A stretch of DNA of 54,636 nt, counting the filler, from Dirinaria sp. TL-2023a (taxonomy: Eukaryota), in NCBI GenBank assembly GCA_051941275.1. It is 2 parts of 2 records of this genome, joined end to end, with 100 filler letters (N's around TTAATTAATTAA, not from the genome) between each part and the next. Parts side by side here need not be neighbours in the genome. Positions count along the whole stretch, not along the records: positions 1 to 27,342 come from JAVEBF010000145.1; 1 more part is not named here. One strand, written 5' to 3'. This document shows, piece by piece, positions 11,364-25,016 of the stretch (its first letter is position 1; each line of letters opens with the position of its first letter). A program made the position numbers and the translations under genes. A model generated the notes under the pieces. That model saw nothing but the letters and a program-made list of their open reading frames with translations. It did no database searches and had not been told where the DNA came from.

Positions 11364-13353
11364 TCACTTCGATTTCTTTGCCTTTTTCTTCGGCCGTTCC
11401 TCCTCTACAGGATCCGAGTCCGCATCACCGTCGGCCATCTCCGCGTCTGATCCACTCCCACTGCTTTGATGCTCGGAGTCATATTCTTCGGCCACGTCGG
11501 ACTCAGAACCGGATTGGAAGTCTTCGTCTACGCTCTCCTCGTCTTCGTCTGCGGATCCACGATCAGCTCCAGCGGCGACGACTTCATCGTCCGATGAAGC
11601 CATGTCAGCATCCTTGAGAGCGGCCGCGATAAGTGCGCTGGAATCGTCAAGCATTTCGTTCCTTGTCTTCAGACCTTTTGCCTGGAAAAATTCCTCTAGT
11701 GGTTGTTGTTCCTCACTGAGAGCGCAATTAGCTGGGAAACTCTTCGAAGGAATTCAATTACCGGTTGATGTTGCTGAATTGATGCTCACCAGCACCTCCT
11801 TTCATCGTAATAGTAATATCAAAAGTTCGGCTAGCGGACACCGCGCCGCCTACTCTCGACATGACAATGACGGCTATATTGTCAAATGCAATATATGTCG
11901 CTGGCTTCGGCACAAACATAAAACTCTTATCCAGGCAGAAGAGATGGCCTTCGTTGGCCTTAATACTGCATTTGACACCGGATTGCTGATGATGGCTATT
12001 GAAGCATCAGTGGGCAACTCGTTCCAAATAAGAGCATGCATTCAATAGATCCAGATTTGGTTGAAGGTTGGCTAGACGTACCTTACGAAGTCTTTCGAAG
12101 GCGTAATGACCTTCTTTCCCGCCAGCCCACGGAACACTTGAGCAACAACAGAATGCTGCGGCGACTCGTAATGCGCGGCCAACTTGCCCTTGTATTTCTC
12201 TTCAAGCAGCTCCCTAATGGCTGTTAGCGGCAATAACACTATTGAGGCGGCATTATGCGTACTCCGTCATGTTGAGATCGATGACAACCTCTTCCTCTCG
12301 CTTGAATTGCATTACGAGGAATGGGTACCGAGTCTGGCCTTGGCGTAAAGGTGGATCGAGCCCAATGGTAATTAGTGTATGGAGATCGTCAGGCTTAGGG
12401 AGTAACATGAATTTCTTGATGTTCTCGTACGGAATCTTATAGTCGTATGTTTTTCCGCGTAAGCGGAATGAGGTTTCGTACATGTCCACGTCAAACCGGC
12501 CCCTGGATAGATGTCAGCAAAATTCTGCGTGTATAGCATAGCGTATGTCATGACGGACCGAGGCGTCAGATGCAGTATATCCAGGAAGGTTGCGAACGTG
12601 TCTCCAGCGACTTCTCCTATCTCCGCCTTTTCCATCAAAGTCTCATAGAAAAGCATTGCGGCATTCTGCTCTTCTGCTTCTGATCCGTCTACGCTCTTCT
12701 CTTCGCCTTCTTCGTCTCTCTCCTTCTTTGTCACAGTCCCGGGAAGGTAGAACCTCATCTCCACCAACTGGTCTTTCGCGCCGCCTCCCTTACGCCCTCG
12801 ACTTCGGGCGCCTCCAAGGTGCCCATTTGTACCCGTCTCACTGCCGCCAGCTGGTAGCGAAAACTCAACTGCCACTTCGTTCTTGCCTGCGAGGTTTGTA
12901 TTGGATACTTCTGAATAGGGTATCTCGAAAGCGGGGCGGTTCTGCACGTTGAATGAAAGCTCTGCTTTGCCGAATTCGCCCTTGCCCCAGTTCCAACCTC
13001 GCAGTGCATGCTCCTTATTCTCCAAGTTGATGCCGTAGAAGAGCTTGAAGACCTTACTGACACGGTCGTAATCCTACAGTAGTCAGTTCACTGTTAACCG
13101 TTTTTTTGGTGGTGTGCACCCTCACTTCCTGATCAAACCCGTCTAATTGTATGATGCCTGAGGTGCGTGACAGAATCTTGAGCTCGTAGCCCTTAGCTGC
13201 GCGACTCCATTGTGCTGCGCCTATATTACTGCCGTCAAGGGTGAAGGTATCACCTCCGCCTGAGGGCTTCCAACCCAGTCCGCTCTCGGCTATCCTGCAT
13301 TTGCCGGACTGTCTCGAAAGATCTAAGTAGATACTTTCGAACGACTCCATCAT
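11364..13353 (-). CDS. POB3: FACT complex subunit Pob3/SSRP1 (multi-exon)
   Basis: ESFESIYLDLS..GKCRIAESGLGWK, LRGWNWGK, LTPRGRFDVDMY, FRLRGKTYDYKI, GLDPPLRQGQTRYP, and an acidic C-terminal tail ending in PKKKAKK. Confidence 0.97.
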
Positions 13354-13824
13354 CCAAGCTTGAGAATACGATCAGCAGTCTAGGAACGAACTGGCGCTGG
13401 ATCTTCTGTGAAGTTGGGTGCAGGTTTGAGGGTTGATGCGAGAATGAGCTGATTGCGTATCTACTGCAAAAAGACGCGATGCCTGGCTCGCCTGGCTGAG
13501 CAATATCAGTAAGCCCTGTTTCAGCCCTAAAAAGAGGAGGGGGAAATATAATGCAAGGAGAGGTCTGCGCATTTATTGGTTCTCAAGTTGTGCACTGAAT
13601 AAGTGAGATCATGATTCGACATTTTCTATTAACAGCATAGTGATATCGGCTTAATTTTTCCGCACTTTTGCCCTGCTTCGTTGTCAGATCAGAGAAATCG
13701 AGAATGACTCGAGTTGTAGATGCTTCGACTTTCGCGAGCAATAATACGAACTTTAATGGGATAACCATGGGTCCAGCTAGGTTTTGTACAACTACTTTCG
13801 ATTCTGAATTGACACCTATCTTAG

Positions 13825-15100
13825 CTTGGCGGATATCTTGCTGGATTATTGTATGGGACTGTGTTCAAAACGGCTCGGCCAAAGGAATACCTTCTTGAAC
13901 AGACTGATTCGTCAATAAAAGATAACCAAGCTGCTGATATCGGCCTGTACCCCAAAGTCAGCCAAATCTTCACGACGCATGATCAACGCAAAAGCCGATT
14001 CGATTTCCCATGCCCGGGCTGCCAGATGCTGGGCGCGGATGGTGTTCTAAAGCGTCCTACAGGCTCTTCATTGAATCTTACGCGCTGGAACGTACTCCAT
14101 CAGAGGTTGAGAGCTAATTTTGACGGCTTGGAAAACCCTCGTTTTCAAGAAAGTCGTCTGAAATCTCAGTATGATGGTTAAACGGTCCACGACCTTGGCA
14201 AGCGAGCTACCGCAGTAAAACCTGATAAAAATGTCCCTGGAGTCCACTAACAGGACGTAACGACAGGATTGAATAACAGTCTTGATGCAGACATGGTCAT
14301 AGTCGCACACTGAATTCATTTGATTGTGCGTCGTAGCTTGCTCCCTGAGAGAAGAGATACGTATGGTCACATGCAATATAGGTGACCTGTAGAGGAGTAA
14401 CCCCTGAGCGAGATGATTCCTACGAAATCAAGGGTCCCTTACATAAAAGCTTCAACATGTTTGTAAAGAAGAGATGATGAATTGGGTATGTCAAAGCTCG
14501 CTCGAACTCAATGCACATCAGCTCGGTTTTCCCATAGCTATGCGAATAATGCGATGCCTGGCGAGAATGGTGCCCTCGCTAAGGGTGAACGCTAATTCAT
14601 TTGGCTCTGGTACTACAATTATCCTGGGGATTTAAAGAATTCACTGAGATCATGACTGATACTGATGGCCATTTTCGTACGAACCCCCGATCAGCTGATA
14701 AAATTTGTCCCGAAATCCGGACCAAGTCGAAGTCTGCAGCTAGTGAGCTTCTCGATACGCCATTTGTGGAGCTTGTGAGCAAGACTGCAAATCCTTTTAT
14801 ATCGACCATTCGAAAGCTTGCAGCGCTAAGAGCAGCCTTCTATGATAGCCGGCTGCTTTTGGCTGGGGAAGCGCTTACCCCCTATCGCTCATACTGGTAC
14901 TAAATTCATTCAGAAAATACACTTAGCTTTTTGTTGCCCCGTAAGGTTCGTCAAAAGGAGAAGACTATCGAGCAGTTCGAAAAGGAGATTTGGTGGATGT
15001 AGAGGACGACCCGGCTGATACCCATTGCTTGCGGAGAGTACTACAAATCTGGCATATTTATTGTAAGATTTGGCTTGAAAATTGTTTGCCTTGGAGCTGC
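13825..15100 (+). pseudogene. FAD-dependent monooxygenase pseudogene (2,6-dihydroxypyridine hydroxylase-like fungal family); 3' end approximate
   Basis: Rossmann-like GGYLAGLLYG at about 13828, LTRWNVLHQRLRANFDGL, and PFVELVSKTANPFISTI...AAFYDSRLLLAGEAL. Interrupted by stops (14179-14181, 14901-14903) and frameshifts. Confidence 0.7.
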
Positions 15101-15848
15101 CCTAACATTGGCCCGCGTAGTGTCTGTCTCTAGGGATGTATCAACATAGAAGTGCAAATTCAGATCATACACGCTCCATGTTTCATTAGTGGAGGGTTGG
15201 GATAATCTTTCGAAGGGCGTATGCCATCAGGGCTGAAGGTACTAGCGGAGCTCCAAATGTTACCTCGCCGCATCAGATCTTAGCGTAATGCTTGTATAAG
15301 ATAAGGTACTGTAACTTCATGTAAGCTTGAGTATCACCAATTGATTATGACTTAACTTAGAAGTACCTTGTTCATTGGGCGAGTGGCTTGTCACCAACAG
15401 GATACCTTAGCTCTGAAGGACTGCAGCAATTAACCGCGGGCGCCCCGAGGTTGGCCCCAAGGCCCAGGCAGGTGTGGATTCTGCTAGCACAGAGCACGCA
15501 CCGCCTGGGGCGGCTCTCACATCATTGGTAGGTAGGTAGCCCCGAGACTTCCCGTTTTGCCGACGCGAGTCAACATCAAGCCGACCTCCAATCCAATGAT
15601 GATCAGATTCATCTGTCAAAGACGTCTCGTTCGCATAGATCAAGCAATATCTTCTCAATCATTAGTGTATCTGTCGCCCACTACATCCCTTCCTACTGTC
15701 AGATTATGATACTCTTGACAGAAAATCTGTTATCGATCGCAATTAAGGGTGACCTAGACCCCAAAAATGACAAGCCATATGCGCCTTAGAAAGAGCACGG
15801 AAAAACGCCGCGACAGTTTGGGCGATAAAGCGCGACTGTTTACCACGT

Positions 15849-17130
15849 CTAAGCAGAAGGACACGGAAAGTAGCACGTGAGATCTAGAGTGTACGCTGGC
15901 TCTCCAGCGGTGCTAGCCACACAGTAGCTTCCATTCGATGCGATCTGTTGACTCGAGCCTTTCGTGTCGCCCGCCCAAGAGAAGACAGGACTCAACATGT
16001 AATCGAACTGCATCCCGCTACCGGAGGCGCTATAGGTTGCGGTTCTGGTGAATTGAAGAGGTTGCTGTAGCCCGTTGACTACGAAGTGCTGCCCATTGTT
16101 GGCCAGATACTCAACCATCTGACCCTTTTGCGCGCCGGACGGGTCGAAGACTGTGACTGTGAAGCCTGAATTCCCTTGTCGCTTCACTGCGACACTGCAC
16201 TGCAGCAGATCTTTGCTAACACTGTCCTGCGCATAATGATTGTCGGCTCCCACGTTGTAGGGGAAACTTAGATGGCTCTTTAATTGTGTCATATGGAAGG
16301 CGTAAGGGTCACCGCTGCAAACGCTTGGGTTGACGCAGTGTTGAACCGCGCTGTATTTGTCGTCATTCTCGAGAGCAGCATAAAGGTGTAGAAGATGACT
16401 CACTTGGTATTTGTGCCAGTCGTATCGAAGGCTACCTGCCAGTAGTCGCCGTTCAATACATTACCCGAGCATGTCTTCTTTGGGCCTTGGGTGTTGGTTC
16501 CTTGCAACCATGCATTGAGTTGGGCCACGCCATCTGTGATGATTACCAAGTAAGGTAAAAGTGTTTGGAAATAGCGCAGAAACAACAAGCTTACTGGCAT
16601 TCTCGTTTGCGTTGATGCAGCGAAGACTGTTTCTGACAGTGCCCGCTGAGAAATTGGGTTGCCGGATCATACCCATAGGCCACGCGTCGCAATTGATACT
16701 TGAATCTCCCGGGGTTCTGTTCAAGGGATCGTGGAACACTTGACTGAAGGGCATTTTGTTGCAAACACTGCCGTCGATTGTCTGGCAGCCAGACTGCATC
16801 CCGTTTGCGTCATTACTGTTGGTGGAGTCGTAACTAAATCCATATTTAAGCTGACATTAGTATAATTGATTGTGAAGACGCTGTCAAAAACGGGGTACAG
16901 TACACCATTGTCGAGGTCGCGGAATTTACACAGTGTATGTGATAGCAGGCGTTGTTGCAAGCTCCTGCTGCATTGGCGCAGAACATAGTGAATGTACCAC
17001 AATTGCGACCTTGTCTCTTAATGATGTCCCTGGAGTGTGCACGCACGGAGGGAACGGCATCATCTGAGGTGAGAGCGTCTGTTAAGCATAATTGGACAAG
17101 GACAAAAACACTTGCGAGAGTGAGCTTCAT
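15849..17130 (-). CDS. Secreted Cys-rich protein with NucA/NucB deoxyribonuclease-like domain (4 exons)
   Basis: Signal peptide MKLTLASVFVLVQLCLTDA, Kex2-type KR site, ACNNACYHIHC, and CDAWPMG...SLRCINANEN matching the fungal CDE(W/Y)P...LRC...EN pattern. Three GT-AG introns keep the frame. Confidence 0.75.
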
Positions 17131-19727
17131 GCTGAATGCATGAATGAGGAACGAGTCAATGGTCATGTCAAGTGTGGGCTACAACGGGAGGAAAAGCGAC
17201 ATATTCGAAGTCAGGACGATCCTGGGTATGGAAGGGGACTATATATAATGAGATCTCACAGCCCATCTGATACATATGCTTGTTGGTCCAGGCCGACTAC
17301 CCAGTCTTTTCAATCCTGAGGACCGAGGACATTTGGCGTCAGTCAGCCTTAGTATGCATATGATATACCGACCCACTATCTGCAAGCCAGGGAGGGTGAT
17401 GCGACATTAGACATATGCATACTAAAACCGATCCCATGGAAACACGTGCCTTTGAGCACCCTATCTGCATCTAGTACTGCGTTGTTAAGATTGAAGTAGA
17501 TTGGTCAATCAGTCACTATAGGGCCATGGAAAAGATCATGGAGACTACCTGAATAACAACATTGCAAAAAAGAGTCACAGGTGGGACCGCTATGATAGGT
17601 CCGAGAAAGTTTTTAAAAAAGAGAAAAAAGACCACTTATGCCAACAATAAGAGATTAGATCTTGGCTAACCGTGGGGGAACTGGTGTAGACCCTGTAAAG
17701 GATCCGAACTACATCATGCGGAATTTCTCCTGGGCAAGAGCTGCTCAAGATCATGGCAAAGCGAGAAGTCTAATGTGCAATTATCGAGATCATAGCGCCG
17801 GACAGCACCGAATTCTTTATTTTTGATAGAGGCGCGCCTATAACAAAATAAGCGTCTTATAAACGATCTTTAGCGGATTCTTGGTTCTGCCCTGTTCATG
17901 TACATACCTCGTAACCGGTTAGCTTCTGCTCTTACTAACGCATGCACTCTGTTGTGTGTCAGTGGGGATAGTACGAAAGCAATAGAACCGCTTGGCCGGA
18001 AGCCAAAACCCCAGCTGCTGTCAATCAGTTAGAATAGTAGTAGATCAATACTTTCAATGTTCAAGCTCAAGCCTATGAGTTTATCTGGACTGACATATTT
18101 AACGCAGCATATGTTAGAAGTGCGCTGCACTTTTTCCTTGGATTGACATTTGCCAATCACCGGCTCATCGGTTAGAAATAGACCTCTCATGCATTTCAAA
18201 TGGAACTAATGTCAGATCCTCGCCAGAAGGCTGTTTCCCAATTTAATCCACGCATATCATACTGTCGCATAGACGATGTCTCTTCTTAAATATGTCTTGT
18301 TGCCCATCACGACTTTGGAGCTCATTTGGGATAACGCTGATACTTGAAGTATTGTTGTAGTGAACGGGGCGCCGGATGGAGGTTTCTTTCAGTCGCCTTT
18401 CTGCACAACCTTGGACTTAGCCTGAGTCGGGTCGATAGCTTAATCTACTTATTAGTGGGATTATCGAAATGCATATTCAAAGTACAATATATAGATGAAG
18501 ATGTTGTATTTACCTAATTCTAGGATCGCGAGCGTATCCCTGCATTGATCTATATACTCTAGACAATTCTGTGATTATACATAATCGAGTCTCGTTCCGA
18601 CTTCGCGCCATTTCAATGTGGCAGAAACAGCGCATAATATCTCTCGACTTGACTTTCGAAGCTCATATACTTCTCTGACTAGTGTGTGTTTTATATGTCA
18701 GATTTGGGGAGCACCTTATAGGTGGTATGGGTAGACTCAAAGTAACTCTTACGGAATATGGGGTACTTGGACCGTTTTCCAGAAGTACCGAACTTTTTAA
18801 ATCGAGAACCACAAAAGACTAGCACTTCCCGCGAAAATCTTTCAGTAAGAGAGTTGCTCTACGTACTCTGTTGAACAAGATATCAAAAAAATATATTACT
18901 GTAGCTCTCCTTGCGCAGAGCTTAGGGATGGACTAACATCAATCACAGGACTACCTTACGTACAGAGATCGACGTCATAGGTCCTGGCTGGTGCAGTCAT
19001 TGAGTCAACTGAAAGTGGCCTGGGCGACTACCCAATACTTCCACCAACTTGCTATGTTGGGTGCACCTGTTCTCTCCAAAGCTTACCTGTAGTCACCCGG
19101 AGGACTGGTCTTGGCGTACACAGCGCTAGCCTGGAATCACCTACCTACCTTACCTATGTATGTATGGTGTCAATCTCCGTACGCAAGATTCATGCTAGAC
19201 ATTTTTCTTGCTAGCACGATGTACGCCAAGAACTAGTAGGTTGCTTGGGTGACTGTAGGTGGCCTTTGGATGAGTCGGGTGAAGCTTAAGGTACCTACCT
19301 CATGTAGGCTGCCAATCGTATCATTAGTGGTACGGATCGCCTGGGTTAGCATGCTCTTTCCTGTTGCTGCACATGCAGTCTCGCTATTACACCCATCTCA
19401 GTCTACAGTACTCTGTACAAAATACTACTGCCTGCGTTTTATTTCAGGCATAGATTTAAATTTGACTGTCTGCCCGGTCCAAAGTATTTTTACGTTGACT
19501 TCGATGAATCTCTCTATCCCATGAATGCTTAAGTGTCTTATTCAAGTTAACCTCTCATCAGCCTCGACCTAACATTCCATTATCGGAGATACTACATGCC
19601 TCAGCTGGCATACTTAGTCGCTTAAATTCTCCACTTTGGTGCCTTAATTTGCATTGATCACACTGAGCCGTTTTTTGAATACCTGCAACTTAAATACAGT
19701 AGCAAGAATCCTCAGATCACTACTACT

Positions 19728-21103
19728 ATGATCCCACAAACTGCACCCCGAAAACGAAGGGGTTCATTGCCTCCCGAGAGCTCTGAGACGGTATACGGGG
19801 TTAACAACCCCGCTGGCAATCAAGCTGGGATCATTCAGTCTACAAAGACAAGAGAAAATCGGGTCAAACATACGGAGCTATTGACGTGGCAAGAGATACG
19901 TGAGTCAAAATGCTCACAGCTACTGTAAAGCCGACGATGTTCTAACGGTCACGCAAAGCCTCATGGCAGCAGTTAGTCTTTTGCATGGTCTCGATATTAT
20001 ACTTTACTGATTATTGACAATCTGCAGGGACAATGAATATATTATCTCGGGCTATCGGTAAGGCAACTGCAAGATACTAGCATTCCGCGGACTGACAGGA
20101 CGCGGTATCAAAGACGTCCTACTGGTTCTCTACGGCGATGCGTCGCTAGCCTTGGGTCTATACATAATGAAACAAGTAAGTATACTCTGTAAATCGACCG
20201 ACGAATGGAGCAGTTCACGCATTGCCTCAGTAAATATTTACTCTCACCTCTTTGGATCCCTCCTCTTTGCGAGTCTACCCATCATTACCTACTATGGGCT
20301 CTGTCCGTACTACCTCAGCACACAGCTAGCAGATATATTGGTCTTCTCAACCTTCTTCTTTGGCGTAGCGATCTGCTTCCTTCTGTCAGCGACGTAAAGC
20401 ACCTTCTCGACCACCTTTTGTAGCTATCGAAGCTAAGACTTGCAGTTTTCACGTTATTTCAAACCACAGCGCGGACGTAGCAGCTTTTGGCAACCAACTC
20501 GATTACTTGGGCATTGTTGTTCTCATGTGGGGTTCTACAATTCCGACTGTCTATTATGGATTTTACTGCAACTGGCAACTGCAGGTTTTGTATTGCACAA
20601 TGGTCAGGTCATACTGTACTTATTGATACCTTGAACCTGTAGCTAATACGATGAGTGGTAGATATCAATATTGGGTGCCGGTTGTGCATTTGCCACGCTG
20701 CATCCAAGATTCCGCCATCCTTCTCTGCGTCCTTACAGGGCTGCTATGTACTCTTGCCTTGGACTATCTGCCGTAGTGCTCATTGTTCACGGGATAATCC
20801 TTGATGGCTGGGTAATACAGAACAAACGCATGAGCCTTGATCGCATGGGCTTGATGGCGTTGCTCAACCTTGCCGGAGCTTACGCTTACGCTGCAAGGGT
20901 AGGTTGAGGAGTCCGAAGGGCATCACCTACGAGTAAAGCTGATTATTTAGTAGATCCCCGAGAAGTGGTATCCGCGAAAGTATGATATTGTGGGCAGCAG
21001 TCACCAAATTCTCCATTTCATGGTTATATTCGCCGGATTAGCACATATGGATGGGCTGGTACGAGCGTTTCAGTTTTCGCACTCGCAAGGCGGCTGCCTG
21101 TGA
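19728..21103 (+). CDS. PAQR/haemolysin-III family membrane receptor (IZH/AdipoR-like), multi-exon
   Basis: Spliced frame [67 protein letters not shown]. Includes a 13-nt exon at 19959-19971. Confidence 0.92.
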
Positions 21104-21664
21104 TTGCTGATAACCTCAAAGGTTGCAACCAGTCAGTCCAATTAGGCTGGACGTCTTGTTCAGGAAGTGATTATCCTTGATGCAGACTACCGTGCACTGG
21201 ATCTGGAGCCGGGTCTGGTATATTTTTGAGCAGATCTATCTGCAGTCCAATCACGGTAGGCTGGAGTACCCACTAAGAGGCGGCATTGGCGGGCGCACCT
21301 GCAGCTAGGATACCTTCCGAACATCCCCCCTTAGATAAGCGCCCGCTCGGCCCTCACTATTCCGATTACTGTTGTTGCCGAGTGGTTTGCAACATGAAAC
21401 GAGCTCCGCTGCAACCCCGTACGGGGTTCGAAGACCATTAATTGGTTGCCTTTGCCGCTGCAATACCTTGAAGTATCAGGGGGAGTGATGGTGCTCGAAA
21501 TTTTCTAACACACCATGGGCACAGCGCTGCTAGTCAGCTGAGTCTGGGCGCAATATGCTCGCCGGTGCCACCATTATTAACCGGAGTATTTTTTATAAAC
21601 AAGCAATGACTTCTCATCTTCTAGTTGCAGAACGTGGCCGCTTCCACGTACCCGATCTAGCATC

Positions 21665-23563
21665 ATGCCCTTCTCATACACCTTATTGTTTTTCTTTACA
21701 AATACTCTAGTCCGCTCAAGCAATGCTCTGGCCAGGATTGACGCCAAGGTTGAGACCGTTGGCTGGCAATCTGACCCCAATGGTCGAGGTACTTTCAGCC
21801 TCGTGAGCAACTGTGTGCTCACTTTGACCATCTGTGTCTACACAGCGATGTACCTTAGCGTGCCTCCTCGCAATGAATCTCCTGTCCAGTTTTGGCTGAG
21901 GAACATTAGATGGGCGCTTTTAGGAATTTTTGGGCCAGAACTAGTGCTCTTCATTGCCTGGAAGCAGTACCTTTCAGCCAAAAGCCTTGTGAGAAGGGCA
22001 CAAAATGGATTTCGAGGGCGGGAAAATTCTCGATGGGGAGGACTAAACGAGAATCATAGTGACGAGGTGACACATTCCGTAACGCTTTGGATACGCTGTT
22101 GTGTGCTTAGCTGGGCTCAGGAGGCAGCAGAACGCCTTTCAACTCACCGCGAATCCCGCGGTCTGTGGACTCTAGTCCACGGGTTCTATGCCGGCATGGG
22201 TGGCTTTGACTTCCCACTACGTAATCTGACCACTACCTCGGGGACATCGATTTTCGAGTTTGACTGCAAACGTCTCACGCTAACTGCTCGAGGTGTCGCC
22301 CTGCTTGCTGACTGCAATCTCCTACCGGACATCGAAAGGCAATTCCTCAATGATAAGAGCAAGTCGGATGGGCTTTCGAAGTTTCTGGCCTGTTTACAAG
22401 CGGCCTGGTTGATTGTGCAGGTCATCGGGCGACTGGTGCTAGGCCTACAAATCACTCTTTTAGAAATCAATACACTTGGTCACGTGTTCTGTGTTTTTGT
22501 CATTTATTTACTATGGTGGCACAAACCACGCATGGTTTTGGAACCTATCACGCTGTACGGAGACTGGACTGGCCCTCTTTGCGCTTATATGTATATGAGC
22601 AGCAAAATAAGTGGTCAAGCGAAAGCGAATGCTGGCATCATCAAAGACATCACGATCAAACCTGAGATTAGTACGATCGCGTTCCTTCCAGATGAGCCTT
22701 CCAAGCACGCTGTTAATACCGTTGAGGATTACATGAAAATCGCGAGCGGTCGATTGCTCAACGACACGTCAAATTCAGCAGCAGAGCAGAATTTTAAACT
22801 GGATGACGGTGCAGTCCGACAAACAAGCACCCGCTCAGAGATTGCTGAAGGAGCGATGCCGCAATGCATCCCCAGCGGCTCTTTTCGACCTCACCCAAAA
22901 TTGGCTCGTTCTGTCAAGGGTTTCTCAAATGGAGTGAGTCGCGCCGACTACTCGGAGGAAAGCCATGACTTGAGTGACCAGCAAGCACGAAGATGGTCCT
23001 TAGCTGCTGAAGCAGTGTGTATCTACCCATCGGTAAAGCGCCGTTTCACGCCAATCAACTATAATGACGCATTTGGGAAGACAAAAATGTGTCTCGAAGA
23101 AACAGAGCCCGAGGAACTCGTCGAAGAACACTGCAGTAATTGGTTCACACAAGGTCTGCTACCCGGCGATTACGGCCTGGTCATGGGCATGGCATTATGG
23201 TTCGCCAGCATGGCTTTCGGTGGCATTCATGCAGTCGCGTGGCACGATTACTTCCCATCACAAATCGAGTCATGGCTCTGGCGCATCTCGGCCATTTATA
23301 TCACGTGGTCTGGACTGGTGTGGCTATTGATAAATCTCGCTGCACGAATTTCAAACCCTTTCGATGAGTATTGGAACAGCCTTCGACTGTCCCGACCGCC
23401 CTTCGTTTCTTCTACGCCTCTTGCCATTATTTGTTTTATCTGTGGAGCGCTGTATACGTTTGCCAGGATGTATCTGGTCATTGAAGCTTTTATTAGTATC
23501 AGGAAGCTGCCTGTATCCGCTTACCAGACGCCGGACTGGGTGCAAATCATACCGCACCTCTGA
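21665..23563 (+). CDS. Uncharacterised fungal multi-pass membrane protein
   Basis: 632-aa ORF with the family motifs GWQSDPNGRGT...SNCVLTL, WTLVHGFYAGMGG, DKSKSDGLSK, ITLLEINT, WWHKP, FGGIHAVAW..YFPS..E..LWR and AYQTPDW..IPHL. Probable in-frame 54-nt intron at 22067-22120. Confidence 0.88.
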   Translation: MPFSYTLLFFFTNTLVRSSNALARIDAKVETVGWQSDPNGRGTFSLVSNCVLTLTICVYTAMYLSVPPRNESPVQFWLRNIRWALLGIFGPELVLFIAWKQYLSAKSLVRRAQNGFRGRENSRWGGLNENHSDEVTHSVTLWIRCCVLSWAQEAAERLSTHRESRGLWTLVHGFYAGMGGFDFPLRNLTTTSGTSIFEFDCKRLTLTARGVALLADCNLLPDIERQFLNDKSKSDGLSKFLACLQAAWLIVQVIGRLVLGLQITLLEINTLGHVFCVFVIYLLWWHKPRMVLEPITLYGDWTGPLCAYMYMSSKISGQAKANAGIIKDITIKPEISTIAFLPDEPSKHAVNTVEDYMKIASGRLLNDTSNSAAEQNFKLDDGAVRQTSTRSEIAEGAMPQCIPSGSFRPHPKLARSVKGFSNGVSRADYSEESHDLSDQQARRWSLAAEAVCIYPSVKRRFTPINYNDAFGKTKMCLEETEPEELVEEHCSNWFTQGLLPGDYGLVMGMALWFASMAFGGIHAVAWHDYFPSQIESWLWRISAIYITWSGLVWLLINLAARISNPFDEYWNSLRLSRPPFVSSTPLAIICFICGALYTFARMYLVIEAFISIRKLPVSAYQTPDWVQIIPHL

Positions 23564-25016
23564 TGTGTTCTTGAAACATATATAAGGATCACCTCTGACG
23601 AAAATTTCTGGGCTGAATCACCGACTTTTCACGAAATATCACGGTGATTTTAGTCCAACCGAGAAAGTCAATTAAAAGCATTTCCCACACAAGATCCTAA
23701 GCATATACATTGATCAGATATCGACATTTCTGGGAGCATTGGCCACTGAGGGACACAGGACCAGCCGTCGAATTCTGCTTCGTAGCGGCGGCAATAACTC
23801 GCAAACCCGTATGAGAATTGAAGCATACCGTCCGCTCTACGCCTGTCCTGTTAAATTGGGTTTCACAGATTGGCCGTATGGCACGAGAATGGTTTGGAGG
23901 GAAAGCAGTCATGCGAGACATGCGTGCAGTTACAAGGACAGACCACGTCCGGAGCAAGTGCATTGGGGAACGCGATGCGATTTGGCGCCGTAGCATTGAT
24001 TTGCTTCACACTCTTGCTGTCCGGGCCGTTGTTGCCCGAAAAGCATCTATCCCGATATAGCGGTAGCATGGAAACATACGAGGACCTCCCCGGCAGGCTG
24101 CCGTCTGGAGGAATATCATACTCAATGCACAGATATAATCGTCACTTGCGGCAGCGCAATCTGAAGCATCTACGCAAGGAGGATTACCTTGCTAAGTACC
24201 GTCAACAGAACGACGGAGATTGTTGCGGTGGACCTTCCGGCATGTTCGTACGTCTTCTCTACTCAAGACTTGCTGCCAAGTGCAGAACCGAATATCTTCC
24301 TTGGCATCTGAAAAGATTGGAGGAAATATTTCGTAGTTGCTGAAACAAGACATTTTTTACCCCTGGAGGTAGCGTGGTCTTTGCGCTATCTCGATTTCTT
24401 GCTCTTTGACCGCCTACGTTGAACAGCCACTATTGCCCACGATACGCCCGCCCCTCCTACCGCTTTTGCCAAAAGGCTAATAATGTAAGAAATCGGGCAC
24501 TGCCTGGTAGAACAGAGACATCTGAGAATGTGAACTCGGGGTTACGAGTATTGCAGCTGCGTCTGTCTCGTACACGAGCTGGCGAGAAGTCATTTTTTTC
24601 CCTCTTTTTTCAGAGACACAATGGTGCGTGTTTTCCCGCAAACTGTCTCCTTCTCTTGGTTATTTTTCAGTGATTGTCGATAAGTCAGGAAAGCGGTTAG
24701 TCCTGATAGCGTGATCCCTTAGTTAGATACTGAGCATTGAGCGAGCATCGTTGTAGCAGCTTGGCTGATGTAAGCCCGTTTGCAGCAGATGCAGCAAGGA
24801 AAGACGAACCGCTCTTGCCAATGATTGAAGCCAGTAAAGGAAAACGTAGACAACCTTCTTGCCTACTGATAAATGAAATGCTCATATCAGCGTTAAAGAT
24901 TTAAGTGGGAATCGGCAGGAACAGAAATTATCATCAGAAGAATAACTAATTTACGTATCTATGCTAAATTTTTGATGATAGTGCATATAATATTCAATTC
25001 GACGCAATATTCCGGT

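Noticed and set aside
17320..19700. 2.4-kb ORF-poor interval between divergent genes
   Set aside because: No repeat, terminal inverted repeat, RNA gene or coding remnant that I could support by eye.
21413..21428. Perfect 16-bp palindrome AACCCCGTACGGGGTT upstream of the membrane-protein gene
   Set aside because: About one such palindrome is expected by chance in 54 kb (54636/4^8 is about 0.8), and there is no other support.
23697..24343. Overlapping 70-157-aa ORFs in several frames
   Set aside because: No recognisable motifs or consistent splice model. May be a decayed relic but cannot be supported.
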